DNA of 64,000 bases from Octopus vulgaris. Its lineage: Eukaryota. The stretch is taken from assembly GCA_951406725.2 (NCBI GenBank), contig OX597821.1:19034001-19098000 (forward strand). Direction: 5' to 3'. The stretch's first letter is position 1. The number at the start of each line of letters is the position of its first letter. Below, in pieces: positions 53,001 to 64,000 of the stretch. Made by a program: the position numbers and the translations under genes. The notes below the pieces were generated by a model. It made no database searches. It saw only the letters and a program-made list of their open reading frames with translations, and was not told the origin of the DNA.

Positions 53001-53843
53001 GTGTATATTGGCAGGGCTGGCCTGCTAGGTAGCCGGCCAGAATGCTAGAAAAAGATCATCAACGATCAAACTACAAGGGAAATTCTCTAGAGGAAGAATT
53101 CAGCGAACACCAGAACCAACTTTGGCGGGCAGGACATATGAAAAATTATATAAATAACAGACTTAAATGCACACCTCGGTTTCGGTCTTAACAAAAGAAT
53201 TACTTGCATAATTCAAGTGTCCGTGACTTCATCAGTACATTCGGTCCTCGAGATGCAAACCGCAAGACTAACCCCAACTCTCTGTGTCAAGACAGACACG
53301 TGCTTAGTCTTACTGATTACATCGGGAATAAAATTTCCGGCGCGCTAAGAGACTCCTGAAGCGAAGGGCTGCAGTGAATAATTCACTGCGGGTAGTGCTT
53401 ACAACTAGGGAACGTATTTATTTAAATATTTAAAAATTGAGGGAGATAAATTAATATTAATTTTAATATCAATTTAAAACCTGTAGTCCAGCATTCAAAA
53501 AATCTGAGGAGTCAGAGAAAATTCAAATATATGTGTATATTGGCAGGGCTGGCCTGCTAGGTAGCCGGCCAGAATGCTAGAAAAAGATCATCAACGATCA
53601 AACTACAAGGGAAATTCTCTAGAGGAAGAATTCAGCGAACACCAGAACCAACTTTGGCGGGCAGGACATATGAAAAATTATATAAATAACAGACTTAACT
53701 GCACACCTCGGTTTCGGTCATAACAAAAGAATTACTTGCATAATTCAAGTGTCCGTGACTTCATCAGTACATTCGGTCCTCGAGATGCAAACTGAAAGAC
53801 TAACCCCAGCTCTCTGTGTCAAGACAGACACGTGCTTAGTCTT
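53001..53843 (-). mobile_element. 532-bp unit in 1.6 head-to-tail copies with one hammerhead-like motif per unit (retrozyme or Penelope pLTR-like)
   Basis: 53001-53311 repeated at 53533-53843; motifs at 53166-53241 and 53698-53773; 53420-53545 resembles 11905-12030. Confidence 0.75.
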
Positions 53844-54366
53844 TATACAAATTATATATATGTATATAAATGTATACAAATTATATATATGTATACAAAT
53901 TATATATATGTATACAAATTATATATATGTATATAAATGTATACAAATTATATATATGTATATAAATGTATACAAATTATATATATGTATATAAACGTAT
54001 ACAAATTATATATATGTATATAAACGTATACAAATTATATATATTTGTATTAACGTATACAAATTATATATATGTATATAAACGTATACAAATTATATAT
54101 ATGTATATAAACGTATACAAATTATATATATGTATATAAACGTATACAAATTATATATATGTATATAAACGTATACAAATTATATATATGTATATAAATG
54201 TATACAAATTATATATATGTATATAAATGTATACAAATTATATATATGTATATAAATGTATACAAATTATATATATTTATATGTATATAAATGTATACAA
54301 ATTATATATATTTATATGTATATATATATATATACATATTATATATATGTATATATAAATGTATAC

Positions 54367-54407
<41 letters not shown>

Positions 54408-54415
54408 GTATACAC

Positions 54416-54463
54416 TGTCCAAGCCTTGCTAGCACGGAAAACGGGCGTTAAACGATGATGATG
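54416..54463 (+). mobile_element. Extreme 3' tail of the RTE-X-like family
   Basis: TGCTAGCACGGAAAACGGGCGTTAAACGATGATGATGA matches 63257-63303. Confidence 0.8.
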
Positions 54464-55025
54464 ATTCTCCGTATTTTTTTCTCTCTCACTTTCCCACTCT
54501 CTTAGTTTTCTTATCTCTCGGACTCTTCCTTGCTTTCTCTTACTCTCTATCTTTATCTATCTCTCTCCCATTTATAAACAACAGAAGATCTTGAGTAAGT
54601 TGAGAAATAAAATATTTAGAAAGATCAATCAGAAATATGAGGCAGTGATAATGGAAAAGTCTACTTCAAGGCAGACAGCAAAATGCTAACATTTAAAAGG
54701 GACAGACGGACTTGCGAGCTGAAGAAAAATAATAAAATAATGGAAACCAAAGTTTGAAGGGATAGAATCTGAGGATAGTAGAGTCACCATGGCTGGCACT
54801 TCTTAACGACGGACAGCAACGTAGTGACAGTTTAACGACTGGCGTAAAATTTTCAACTTGATGTAAAAGAAAATTCGTAAACACCAAGTTTTGAAGTGAT
54901 TCTTTCTCACGACAGTAGACTCACCATGGACTCTTTATCATGGACTCTTTATCATGGACAGCAACACATTGACGATTAAAAGGCTGGCGCAAATTTTTTA
55001 GCTTGATGTAACAGAGAATTCCTGA

Positions 55026-55797
55026 TGCAGTTTAACCAAAACCGGGTATCTTATAGTTGTGATTCATATCGAGCCCTTCTGGGTATTAGCGCGCGTCTAT
55101 GATGAGTCTACGATTTTAAAAATAATTTACCATCATTTTTTTCCATTTTAATGCATATTTTTTAAATAAAGGGAAGTAACACTCAAACTTCACACCAATA
55201 TGCGTGCTCATATGCGACGTAATATCACATCAGCAGCATTTCCTCACACCCTCCTTGCACTTGGCGAAGGCAAAATACCAGGGTATGAAAATGGTAATAT
55301 TGCCATCGATTCCATTTGTACCATTGTTAAGACGCCTCCTGATCTCAGAGATGCAGTGTTCCCAGATCTACAAGCTAATTATCAGAATATGGATTGGATT
55401 GGCAAAAAGGCTATACTGGCCCCGAGGAATAAAACTGTTCACCATATTAATGATGAAATGCTAAAACTCATTTCTGGGGAAGTCTATGTATATCAGTCTA
55501 TCGATACAACTCCTGACCCAGAGGACGTCATCAACTATCCAATAGAGGTACTCAATTCCTTTGAGCACCCCGGACTACCACCACACTTTCTCAAACTTAA
55601 AGTTGGTGCCCCTATAATGCTCATCAGAAATTTGGTTCCCCCAAAACAATGCAATGGCACACGTTTGATCGTTAAGTCCTTATCTCCCACCGTAAACTTA
55701 TATCAATATTTGCCTGGATAATCATCATAATTCAGTGCAATCATTAACAGTACTTTCAAGCAATTCAGCCCCGAGCAACGCCGGGCAATTCTGCTAG
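55026..55797 (+). mobile_element. Helitron H1 derivative carrying a RepHel PIF1 helicase fragment
   Basis: 55026-55180 matches H1 body; same 3' hairpin CCCGAGCAACGCCGGG and CTAG|T. Confidence 0.88.
55200..55721 (+). pseudogene. PIF1-like helicase fragment of Helitron RepHel
   Basis: NMR..F...LL.LGEG, KAILAPRN..V..IN, LNS...PGLPPH.LKLKVGAPIMLIRNL....CNGTRLIV. Confidence 0.93.
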
Positions 55798-56703
55798 TAC
55801 ATATATATATATATATATATATAAAGCTGAAGTTGTCTGGATATATGTATGTATGTATGTGTGTGTGTGTGTGTGTATACGTATGTATGTGTAGAGACCT
55901 CTTTTGGCTCCACCTGAGTTTTGAAACTGAATGGGTAAATTTCCCCCTAACTATTGTTCCTTCTGTTGAGGAACAATGTTGTTTTATTCAACCGATGGCC
56001 TTCCCAACATTTGATTGATGTATTTTCCTCTTGACCCATAACCCTTCTAGTTTGTAAAGGGTTTAAATAAATAATATAAGGGATCTTTACCCTTTCAACG
56101 GCAGATCGAGAAATATATTTTTTGTAACTAAACACTTTCAACCTTCGGACACTAACCCTAACCCTAATGTGTCCTATAAAACATATTTTACTTTTAATGT
56201 TACTCTTGACCGCGGCCATGCTGGAGCATCGCCTTTAATCGAGCAACTCGACCCCGGGACTTATTCTTTTTGTAAGCCCAGTACTTATTCTATCCTTAGC
56301 CAATCATATTGTCTGTTTTCATTTGAAATTATTAGCTGCATAGTGTTAATGTGACGTAGATAGCTATTTTGTGAGTGGGTAAGCAGTAAGCAAACAGCTG
56401 TGGTAGATGTGGTTATCATGGCAGTGGTGGTAGTGGTGACAGTGTATGATGGCAGCAATTATAGTGTTGGTGTTTTTGTAGAGGTGGTGGTGGTGGCGAC
56501 AGTGGATGATGATGATAATGATGATGATAGTAGTAGTAGTAGCATTGATTATGTTAGGATGTCTCATGGATGGTAGTGTTGGTGTGTGTGTGTGTGTGTG
56601 TATGTATGGATCAAAACAGTTTGATTCAAATTCTGTGGTTCTTATATATTCATACATACATATACATGTAGATGTATATAACATATATATATTGTATGTA
56701 AAC

Positions 56704-56757
<54 letters not shown>

Positions 56758-57681
56758 ATGCATCTATAATACACACACATTATAAATATATACACATATA
56801 TGCATATGCATTAGAATATGTGTGTATAGGTGTATATATATATATATATATATATATATGCATATGTTTGTATACATGTGTGTGTAGCTATTTAGGATCT
56901 ACACAAATTTTATATATACTCCACGAAGTTTATGATAAGCGGAGATGTCTACATTTTAGTTAGCTATTTACATGTTTACGTTAACTACGTCACAAAATAG
57001 CTGTTTACGTCACAGTAACAATATTTTGAGAGGCAGTAAATAATATGAGGCTGAAAGAAAGAATATCATTGGTTAAAATTCGAATTATTAAACAACGTTA
57101 AACTTAGAAATTACAATTCCGTTTTCATTTTGGTTTACAATTATGGGATCTTTTCATTTCTGAAGCCAGTTTTTTCAAATTTTTCCTACTGAATCAAACA
57201 GTTTGAAACTTCGTATATTGGTAGAATGTGTCAAAAGTAAACTTAATTGTAAACCAGAATGAAAACGGAATTGTAACTTCTAAGTTTAACGTTGTTTAAT
57301 AATTAGAATTTTAACCAATGATATTCCGTCATTCGGCTTTATTTTATTTACTCCGTCTCGACCACCAATTTGGTGACGTATTAAACATCTGAAATGTAAA
57401 TAAAACGCATAAATCTCCTTCTAATTATTTAACGTACTCATGTTTCCAGGATCCTATAGTCAGCCACCTTCTAATAACAATATTTAAAACTAGTTAATAA
57501 GCGACATGTATTAAATTGAAAATGTTTCCATTCTGTTAGTACTTGCTTTCGTTTGCTATTAAGAAGTGGCATCTCAGTGACGAGGCTTCTAACAAGATTT
57601 CGTTTCTAAGCTAATGCGTTTCATTTCACTTATTGTATTTATTTGTGCAAAAGGCAAGAAATTTAATATTAAAAAAACAAA

Positions 57682-57784
57682 GAGCTGGCAGAAACGTTAG
57701 CACGCCGGGCGAAATGCGTAGCCGTGTTTCGTCTGCCGTTACGTTCTGAGTTCAAATTCCGCCGAGGTCGATTTTGCCTTTCAT

Positions 57785-57785
<1 letters not shown>
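57682..57785 (+). mobile_element. SINE family A 5' half, ending at a (CA)n tract before the LINE
   Basis: GAGCTGGCAGAAACGTTAGCACGCCGGGCG..GCCTTTCATC. Confidence 0.88.
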
Positions 57786-57861
<76 letters not shown>

Positions 57862-59565
57862 ACATACATGCATGCATGCATGCATGCATACATACATACC
57901 CACCCAAAGATATAGCAGAAAAGAAGTTTGCCAATGTCCAGCGACGTGAGGACCAAAGAACTGAGGTATTTCGTATTGCTAGACAGTGTGTGAGAGAAAA
58001 TAGTGATGTTACAGGGGAGAAATGTGTCCGCATGGATGATGGGGCACTTGCTTTTAATGTTGGTGAAAAGAAAGAGGCTTGGAGAAGCCATTATGAAAGA
58101 CTGTTGAATGTGGAGAATGAATGGGAGGAGGAGAGCCTGCCAAATGTTGACCCAGTAGAGGGACCAGCTATCCAAATAGAGAGCTCACTTGTAGTTAAGG
58201 CAATTAAGGATATAAAACCAGGTAAAGCCCCCGGCCCATCAGGAATCACTGCTGAGATGCTTAAAACAGCTGGTTATGCGGGCTATGGCCTAGTCACCCG
58301 TATTGTTAACCAGGTAGTTAACCCAATGACTGGCGTAGCAGCACCATAGTCAACTACTACAAGGGTAAGGGTGATGCTCTAGATAGAAATAACTACAGGG
58401 GTATTAAACTGTTGGATCAGGTGATGAAGGCCACAGAGAGGGTCATAACCCATCTCATTAGGGAGAGAATTTGCTTAGATGAGATGCAGTTCGGTTTTGT
58501 GTCGGGTAGAAGCACCACTGATGCTAGATTCCTGGTCCGACAACTGCTGGAGAAATACCTAGCTAAAGATAAACCCCTCTACATAGCTTTTGTGGACTTG
58601 GAGAAAGCCTTTGACAGGGTTCCCCGATCCCTTATCTGGTGGTCGATGCGGAAACTGTTGATTCACGAATGGCTAATAAGGGCTGTACAGGCTCTATACA
58701 GAGAGGCTGTCAGCAAGGTTAGGATTGGCAACGAATATAGTGAAGAATTCCGGGTAGAAGTAGGTGTACACCAGGGCTCAGCCCTCAGTCCCCTTTTATT
58801 CATCATAGTCCTCCAGGCAATAACAGAGGAATTCAAAACAGGTTGCCCCTGGGAGCTCCTCTATGCTGATGACCTGGCCCTCATAGCAGAATCGCTACCG
58901 GAACTAAAAAAGAAATTTCGGGTGTGGAAACAAGGGTTGGAATCAAAGGGCCTTAGAGTAAATGTAGCGAAGAACAAAGTTATAGTATGCAGAAAGGCGA
59001 ACTCAGCACACACCCCATCGGGCAGGTGGCCCTGCTCGAGCTGTAGGAAAGGTGTAGGTAGAAACTCCATAAGATGCACCCAATGTAAGCTATGGACGCA
59101 CAAGAGGTGCAGCAACATTAAAGGGAAATTAACAGATAAGATAGCTTTCATGTGCGGCAGATGCAGGGACAATAGACACCACAGACACTCAGAAAACAGA
59201 TTCCATCACACTCCAGGGAGAGAAACTTGAAGTAGCTGATAGTTTCCGCTACCTGGGTGACCAAGTTAGTAGTGGGGGTGGATGCTCAGAGAGTGTCACC
59301 ACTAGAACATGAATAGCCTGGGCAAAGTTTAGAAAGCTGCTACCCCTACTGGCGACAAAGGGTCTCTCACTCAGAGTGAAAGGTAGATTGTATGATGCAT
59401 GTGTGCGAACTGCCATGCTTCACGGCAGTGAAACATGGGCCGTGACTGCAGAGGACATGCGTAGACTTGAAAGAAATGAAGCTAGCATGATCCGCTGGAT
59501 GTGTAATGTCAGTGTGAATGCACGACAGAGTGTAAGCATCCTGAGAGAAATGCTAGGCATAAGAA

Positions 59566-62500
59566 TCCGTGGCTTCCCTAAATCGCAACTCTGTGCCACG
59601 GGAGAGTTTTAGCCTCCGCGATGATGGGCAGATCTGGACATTCGTCAAGTCTGGTGAGTCGTGGATAAGGGATGCCAGTTGGACTGAGCAGACTACACCC
59701 ACAACAACAACTGGCAATGCAAAAATCTTGGGGAAACTAACCAAGAACAATCAGCCATCCCCTGTATATCATCATCTGAAATCCAGATATAAACTGCTGT
59801 CCTTGAATGCCCGTAGTTTATGCAACAAGGTGCATCTTTTTGTCTCCTACGTCAAAAGTATCAACCCAGATTTCATCACAGTCACGGAAACATGGGCACA
59901 CTCTGCACTCTGTGATGGAGTTTTCAGCATAGCCGGCTACAACCTGTTCCGCAAAGACCGCATTAATCGCCGTGGAGGGGGTGTGATGATTTATGTTCGA
60001 TCAAGTCTTTCGGCAATCCCCTGTGATGATTTGAACCAATCTCAGCAGGAGGTATTTTTCTGCAATGTACACATGACCATGTCAACACTTCTGCTCGGAG
60101 TCGTTTACCGTCCTCCAAATTATCGCCAAGACGCACAGCTTCTTGATCTCCTCAGGGCGGCTGCCACGAAAACAGCCACATATGTGTATGTTGCGGGGGA
60201 CTTCAATTTCCCTGAGATTGACTGGGAGGCCTTCCGTTGGCCGCAAAGTGCAGACGATTTTCTTGAACTGGTGCTGAATTCGAATTGGTCCCAAGTTGTT
60301 ACCTCCCCCACAAGGGGTAACAACACTTTGGATCTGCTACTAACCGCTTCTCCTGAAACAATCATTAGTGTCGCTACCGAAGAACCTTTGGGTGACTCTG
60401 ATCATTCCATGATCATGGCCGACTTGTCTCTGATTGGTTGTAACAAAAAACACAACCATCTTCAGATTGCCCGCTTTGACTGGAATAAAGCAAACTGGAG
60501 CTCTTATTGTACTGAGCTGCAACGCCCAAACTGGCGCGAATTTTATGCCTCTGGAGATGTGGACACTATACTCCAGAACATTCTGAATTCAATATGGGCA
60601 GCATGTGCAGCATCAGTACCACGCAAGCACAAAAAACCACCCAATAGTGCAATTTGGGAGACTGCAGCAGTCCGACTTGCCCGGAAAGAACGCCGTAATG
60701 CTGAACGGGAATACAAATTGCATAAATCAGAGAGCAACAGGAAAAAGCGCAATAGGTCAGCCAACCACCTCAAGCAGGTGACAAAAAAGGCAGTGCTTGA
60801 ATTTGAACAACGCATTGCAGCTAACCCTGACAGCAAAGGGTTCTGGAAGTATGTGCACTCAAAGCAGAGACCCCACTCTCCTGTTGGTCCCCTTCGCAAT
60901 CCCCACACAGGACAGATTACTGGCAATCCCGAAGAATGTGCAGAAATCATTGCTGGATGCTATGCCGGCATCTTTACTGTCGAAGACCAAAATGTTCCAT
61001 CATCATCACCACTGACATCGGACTCTATATCTTCTATGCAATTTACACCAGCAATGCTGCAACGCCACCTAAAGAATAAACGCAATTATGTCTCTTGGTT
61101 TCAATGGTGTTACATACCTACTTCTCAAACGCAGTGGGTACTTTCTTCTAAGCCAACTTTCTCTATTCTTCCAATTCTGTCTCGACAATGGTGTTACTCC
61201 AGAACAGTGGAAAACTGCCAGTGTCATCCCTCTGTTACAAAAAGGCGACCGCACATCGCCTGTCAACTATCGCCCCGTCAGTCTTACTAGCTGCATCGCC
61301 AAACTGATGGAATCCTGTATCAGCCAGCCGTCACAATTCGGATTTATTCCTAACTCCAGCTGCTGTAATCAACTCATCGAGTTTCTTGAGGACGTTACCC
61401 AAATCACTGATCGCGGATCCTGGGTGGATATTGTTTACCTGGACTTTGCTAAGGCTTTTAACTCTGTGCCACACAAAAGACTTATGGTGAAGCTTTCTGC
61501 GTTGGGTGTAAGAGACGAACTCTATAACTGGTTAAAGTCCTTTATTTTCGGCCGAAAAGAGGTTGTCACAGTTCTAGGACAGCACTCTTCGCCCTATGAG
61601 ATGACATCTGGTGTGCCGCAGGGATCTGTTCTTGGCCCTCTTTTATTTGTTGCATATGTTAATGACATAGATGCCAACTTAAAGAATGCCACAGTGCTGA
61701 AATATGCAGATGACATCAAGCTGTACCTCCAAATAAAGAGGTCAAATCCTGTACACTATGGATCTCTATTGGAAGCAGACCTGGACACAATGCAGCAGTG
61801 GATCATGGACTGGCAACTCAAGCTGGCTGTGGACAAATGTACCACCATGCATTTTGGGAGGAGAAACCCAGCGTCCACCTACTCCCTCCACGACACTAGT
61901 CTCAAAAAGTCTTCAAGTGAACGTGACCTGGGTGTTATTGTCGACAGTGATTTGCGTTGGACAAAACACATCGCTAAAATTGTCAAGAAGGCTGAGGGTG
62001 TCTTGGCATCACTCACCAAATCCTTTGTGAGCCGCTCTCCGGCTATCTATCTGCGGCTTTATATAGCTATGGTAAGACCTCACCTGGAATTTGCATCACC
62101 GGTCTGGAACCCTTATCTTGCCCAGGACATCAATCGTCTAGAAGCTGTTCAGCGACGTGCAACCAAAAGAATACCCTCCATCAGGCATTTGCCATATCCT
62201 GAACGCCTTACTTCCCTGGACATGGACACATTAAAACTCCGACGTCTGGCAGCTGATTTGGCAGACACCCATAAAATTATCAACCATCGCACAAACAATA
62301 ACTCTGAGCACCTCTTCAAACTCCACCCATCTAACACCCGTGGACATATTTACAAAGTAAGAAAACAGCACAGCTCCCATGACTTCAGGAAACATTTTTT
62401 CACGCTGAGAGTTGCTGAAGCGTGGAACAAACTGCCGGCATCGGTTGTTAGTTGTCGGAGCACTGCATCCTTCAAAACTTCCATGCTTCCTGAGATTCGC

Positions 62501-62649
62501 CAACACTACACTTGATTTTCTCCCTCCATACACACACAAGCATGTTCACTTTCCAGACATTTCTACATTGCTGCATGTACTTTATATGCACTTTCTGACA
62601 AGTTGTGGTGCACCTGAGCACTGTATACAATAATTGCATTATTATTATT
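59566..62649 (+). mobile_element. CR1-group LINE nested in the RTE-X element, near-complete ORF2
   Basis: 7-bp TSD ATAAGAA at 59559-65 and 62650-56; (ATT)n tail. Confidence 0.93.
59569..62515 (+). pseudogene. CR1-type APE endonuclease-reverse transcriptase, frameshift/deletion near 61085
   Basis: LNARS, VTETW, RKDR..RGGGV, YRPP, GDFN, SDH; NYRPVSLTS, LDFAKAF, GVPQGSVLGPLLF, YADD, ERDLGV, RPHLEFASPVWNP. Confidence 0.95.
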
Positions 62650-63378
62650 ATAAGAAGCATCAGATGTGGTGTGCAAGAGCGACGCTTGCGATGGTATGGT
62701 CATGTACTGCGGATGGATGAGGAGAGATGTGTGAAGAAGTGCCACTCCCGAACAGTTGAAGGAATCAGGGGGAGAGGTAGACCCAGGAAGACATGGGATG
62801 AGGTAGGCAAGCATGACCTCAGAGCGTTGGGCCTCACTGAGGCAATGGCGAAGGACTGAGATCTCTAGAGATGTGCTGTGACTACTAAGACCCGTGATGC
62901 TTCCGGCACCAGTTCCGCATACCCCCTGCCCATTCAAAGTACCTTGGATCCCGGAACATCTCACCGTGCTTGAGGAGACCTGTTGAGTCAAGTGCATGTA
63001 CATGAACATCAAACCAAATATCAATGGAAACAGTAGTTGTGATACCTGTGCCGGTGACACATAAAAAGCACCATCCGAACGTGGCCGATGCCAGACCCCT
63101 CTGGCACCTGTGCCACTGGCACATAAAAAGTACCCACTACACTCACGGAGTGGTTGGCATTATGAAGGGCACCCAGCTGTAGAAACACTGCCAGATCAGA
63201 CTGGAGCCTGGTGCAGCCTTCTGGCTTCCCAGATCCCGGTTGAACCGTCCAACCCATGCTAGCATGGAAAACGGACGTTAAACGATGATGATGATGATGA
63301 TGATACACCGAGTAAAAAATTTCAGTTATCTCTCTCTTTCACACATTACTCTCTCTGTCTCTTCACACACACTAACAG

Positions 63379-63473
63379 GGCTTGATGATTGGGGTGGCAT
63401 CTTGAGAGGGGTTCCAGGGAAACAAGGTGTGGTTTAGGAACCCGAGGATGTACCTCATGAAACACGTGTTGCC
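63379..63473 (+). ncRNA. Candidate type I hammerhead with very long helix II (U3 variant)
   Basis: GGC-TTGATGA-tTGGGGTG.CATCTT..GGGTTCC-loop-GGAACCC.AGGATG-TACCTCAt-GAAAC-ACGT-GTT-GCC. Confidence 0.7.
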
Positions 63474-64000
63474 AAAGAATAAAACAGTAATTTATTTATG
63501 TATTTTTTTGTATACAACCTACCATTAACCCCTTTCTTATAAAATAGTTGAAGAATCTGGAGTGTAGGAATTCGGACAGTATTGGAACTTTTAACTTCTT
63601 GCTCTCTATCTTAAGATCTCCAAAATTTAAGAATCTTGTGTTAACTGGGCTCTTATTATTTACTCTGACTCTGCCACCACCTCAATGCAAAGACTATCAA
63701 TATCAGAATCATCTTCACAACCACTACTGAGACATCCTAACATAATCAATGCCACTACCTCTATCATCATCATTATCATCATCATCCACTTCCGCCACCA
63801 CCACCACCACCTCTGCAAAAACACCAACACTATAATTGCTGCCATCATACACATCCACTGTCAACACTACACCACCACCACCACCACTGCCATGATAACC
63901 ACATCTACCACCTCCAACACCATTGCCACCACTATCTATGAGACATCCTAAGTTAGATACTACTTTCACTTTCTAGTTGGTCTTTGAATCCATTTTATCT

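Larger units (their letters stand above)
40626..54412. repeat. ~13.8-kb AT-rich satellite of 29-bp and 23-bp units with higher-order duplications
   Basis: Unit CAAATTATATATATGTATATGAATATATA (29) and deletion form CAAATTATATATATGAATATATA (23); interrupted at 41093 and 53001. Confidence 0.97.
57905..63303 (+). mobile_element. RTE-X/RTE-like LINE, 5'-truncated and frameshifted, split by a CR1 insertion
   Basis: GKAPGPSGI, NYRGIKLL, QFGF, FVDLEKAFDRV, GVHQGSALSP, LLYADD, YLG, LHGSETW; frame resumes at 62650 IRSIRCGVQERRLRWYGHVLRM; (GAT)n tail. Confidence 0.93.

Noticed and set aside
40626-54412. CRISPR-like array
   Set aside because: Contiguous tandem units with no unique spacers; eukaryotic context, no cas genes
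55200-55721. Host PIF1 gene
   Set aside because: Intronless fragment inside Helitron termini
56153-56168. Telomeric (CCCTAA)n
   Set aside because: Under three units, inside a dispersed repeat fragment

Overview
AT-rich eukaryotic DNA made almost entirely of repeats. The SINE, LINE and microsatellite content fits an octopus (coleoid cephalopod) genome; this is inferred from repeat families, not proven. No intact host gene is evident, only weak candidate exons. Contents: two mariner elements (one hosting a nested DD41D element), RTE and RTE-X LINEs (one hosting a CR1-type LINE, one 5'-inverted), Penelope-like remnants, a Helitron family including a PIF1 fragment, three to four tRNA-derived SINE families, two tandem ORF1-only (CCHC) retroposons and a ~13.8-kb 29/23-bp satellite with higher-order structure. 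Most notable: (i) several type-I hammerhead ribozyme motifs of unrelated sequence, most with a minimal palindromic helix III, including long-helix-II forms, a compensatory G3-C8 core variant and a 532-bp hammerhead-bearing unit present as 1.6 tandem copies (retrozyme-like); (ii) an ORF1-only retroposon sharing an exact 25-nt 3' end with a SINE family; (iii) a twin-priming type inversion in an RTE element; (iv) a PHD finger inside an RT ORF. All calls were made by eye and no ribozyme activity is demonstrated.
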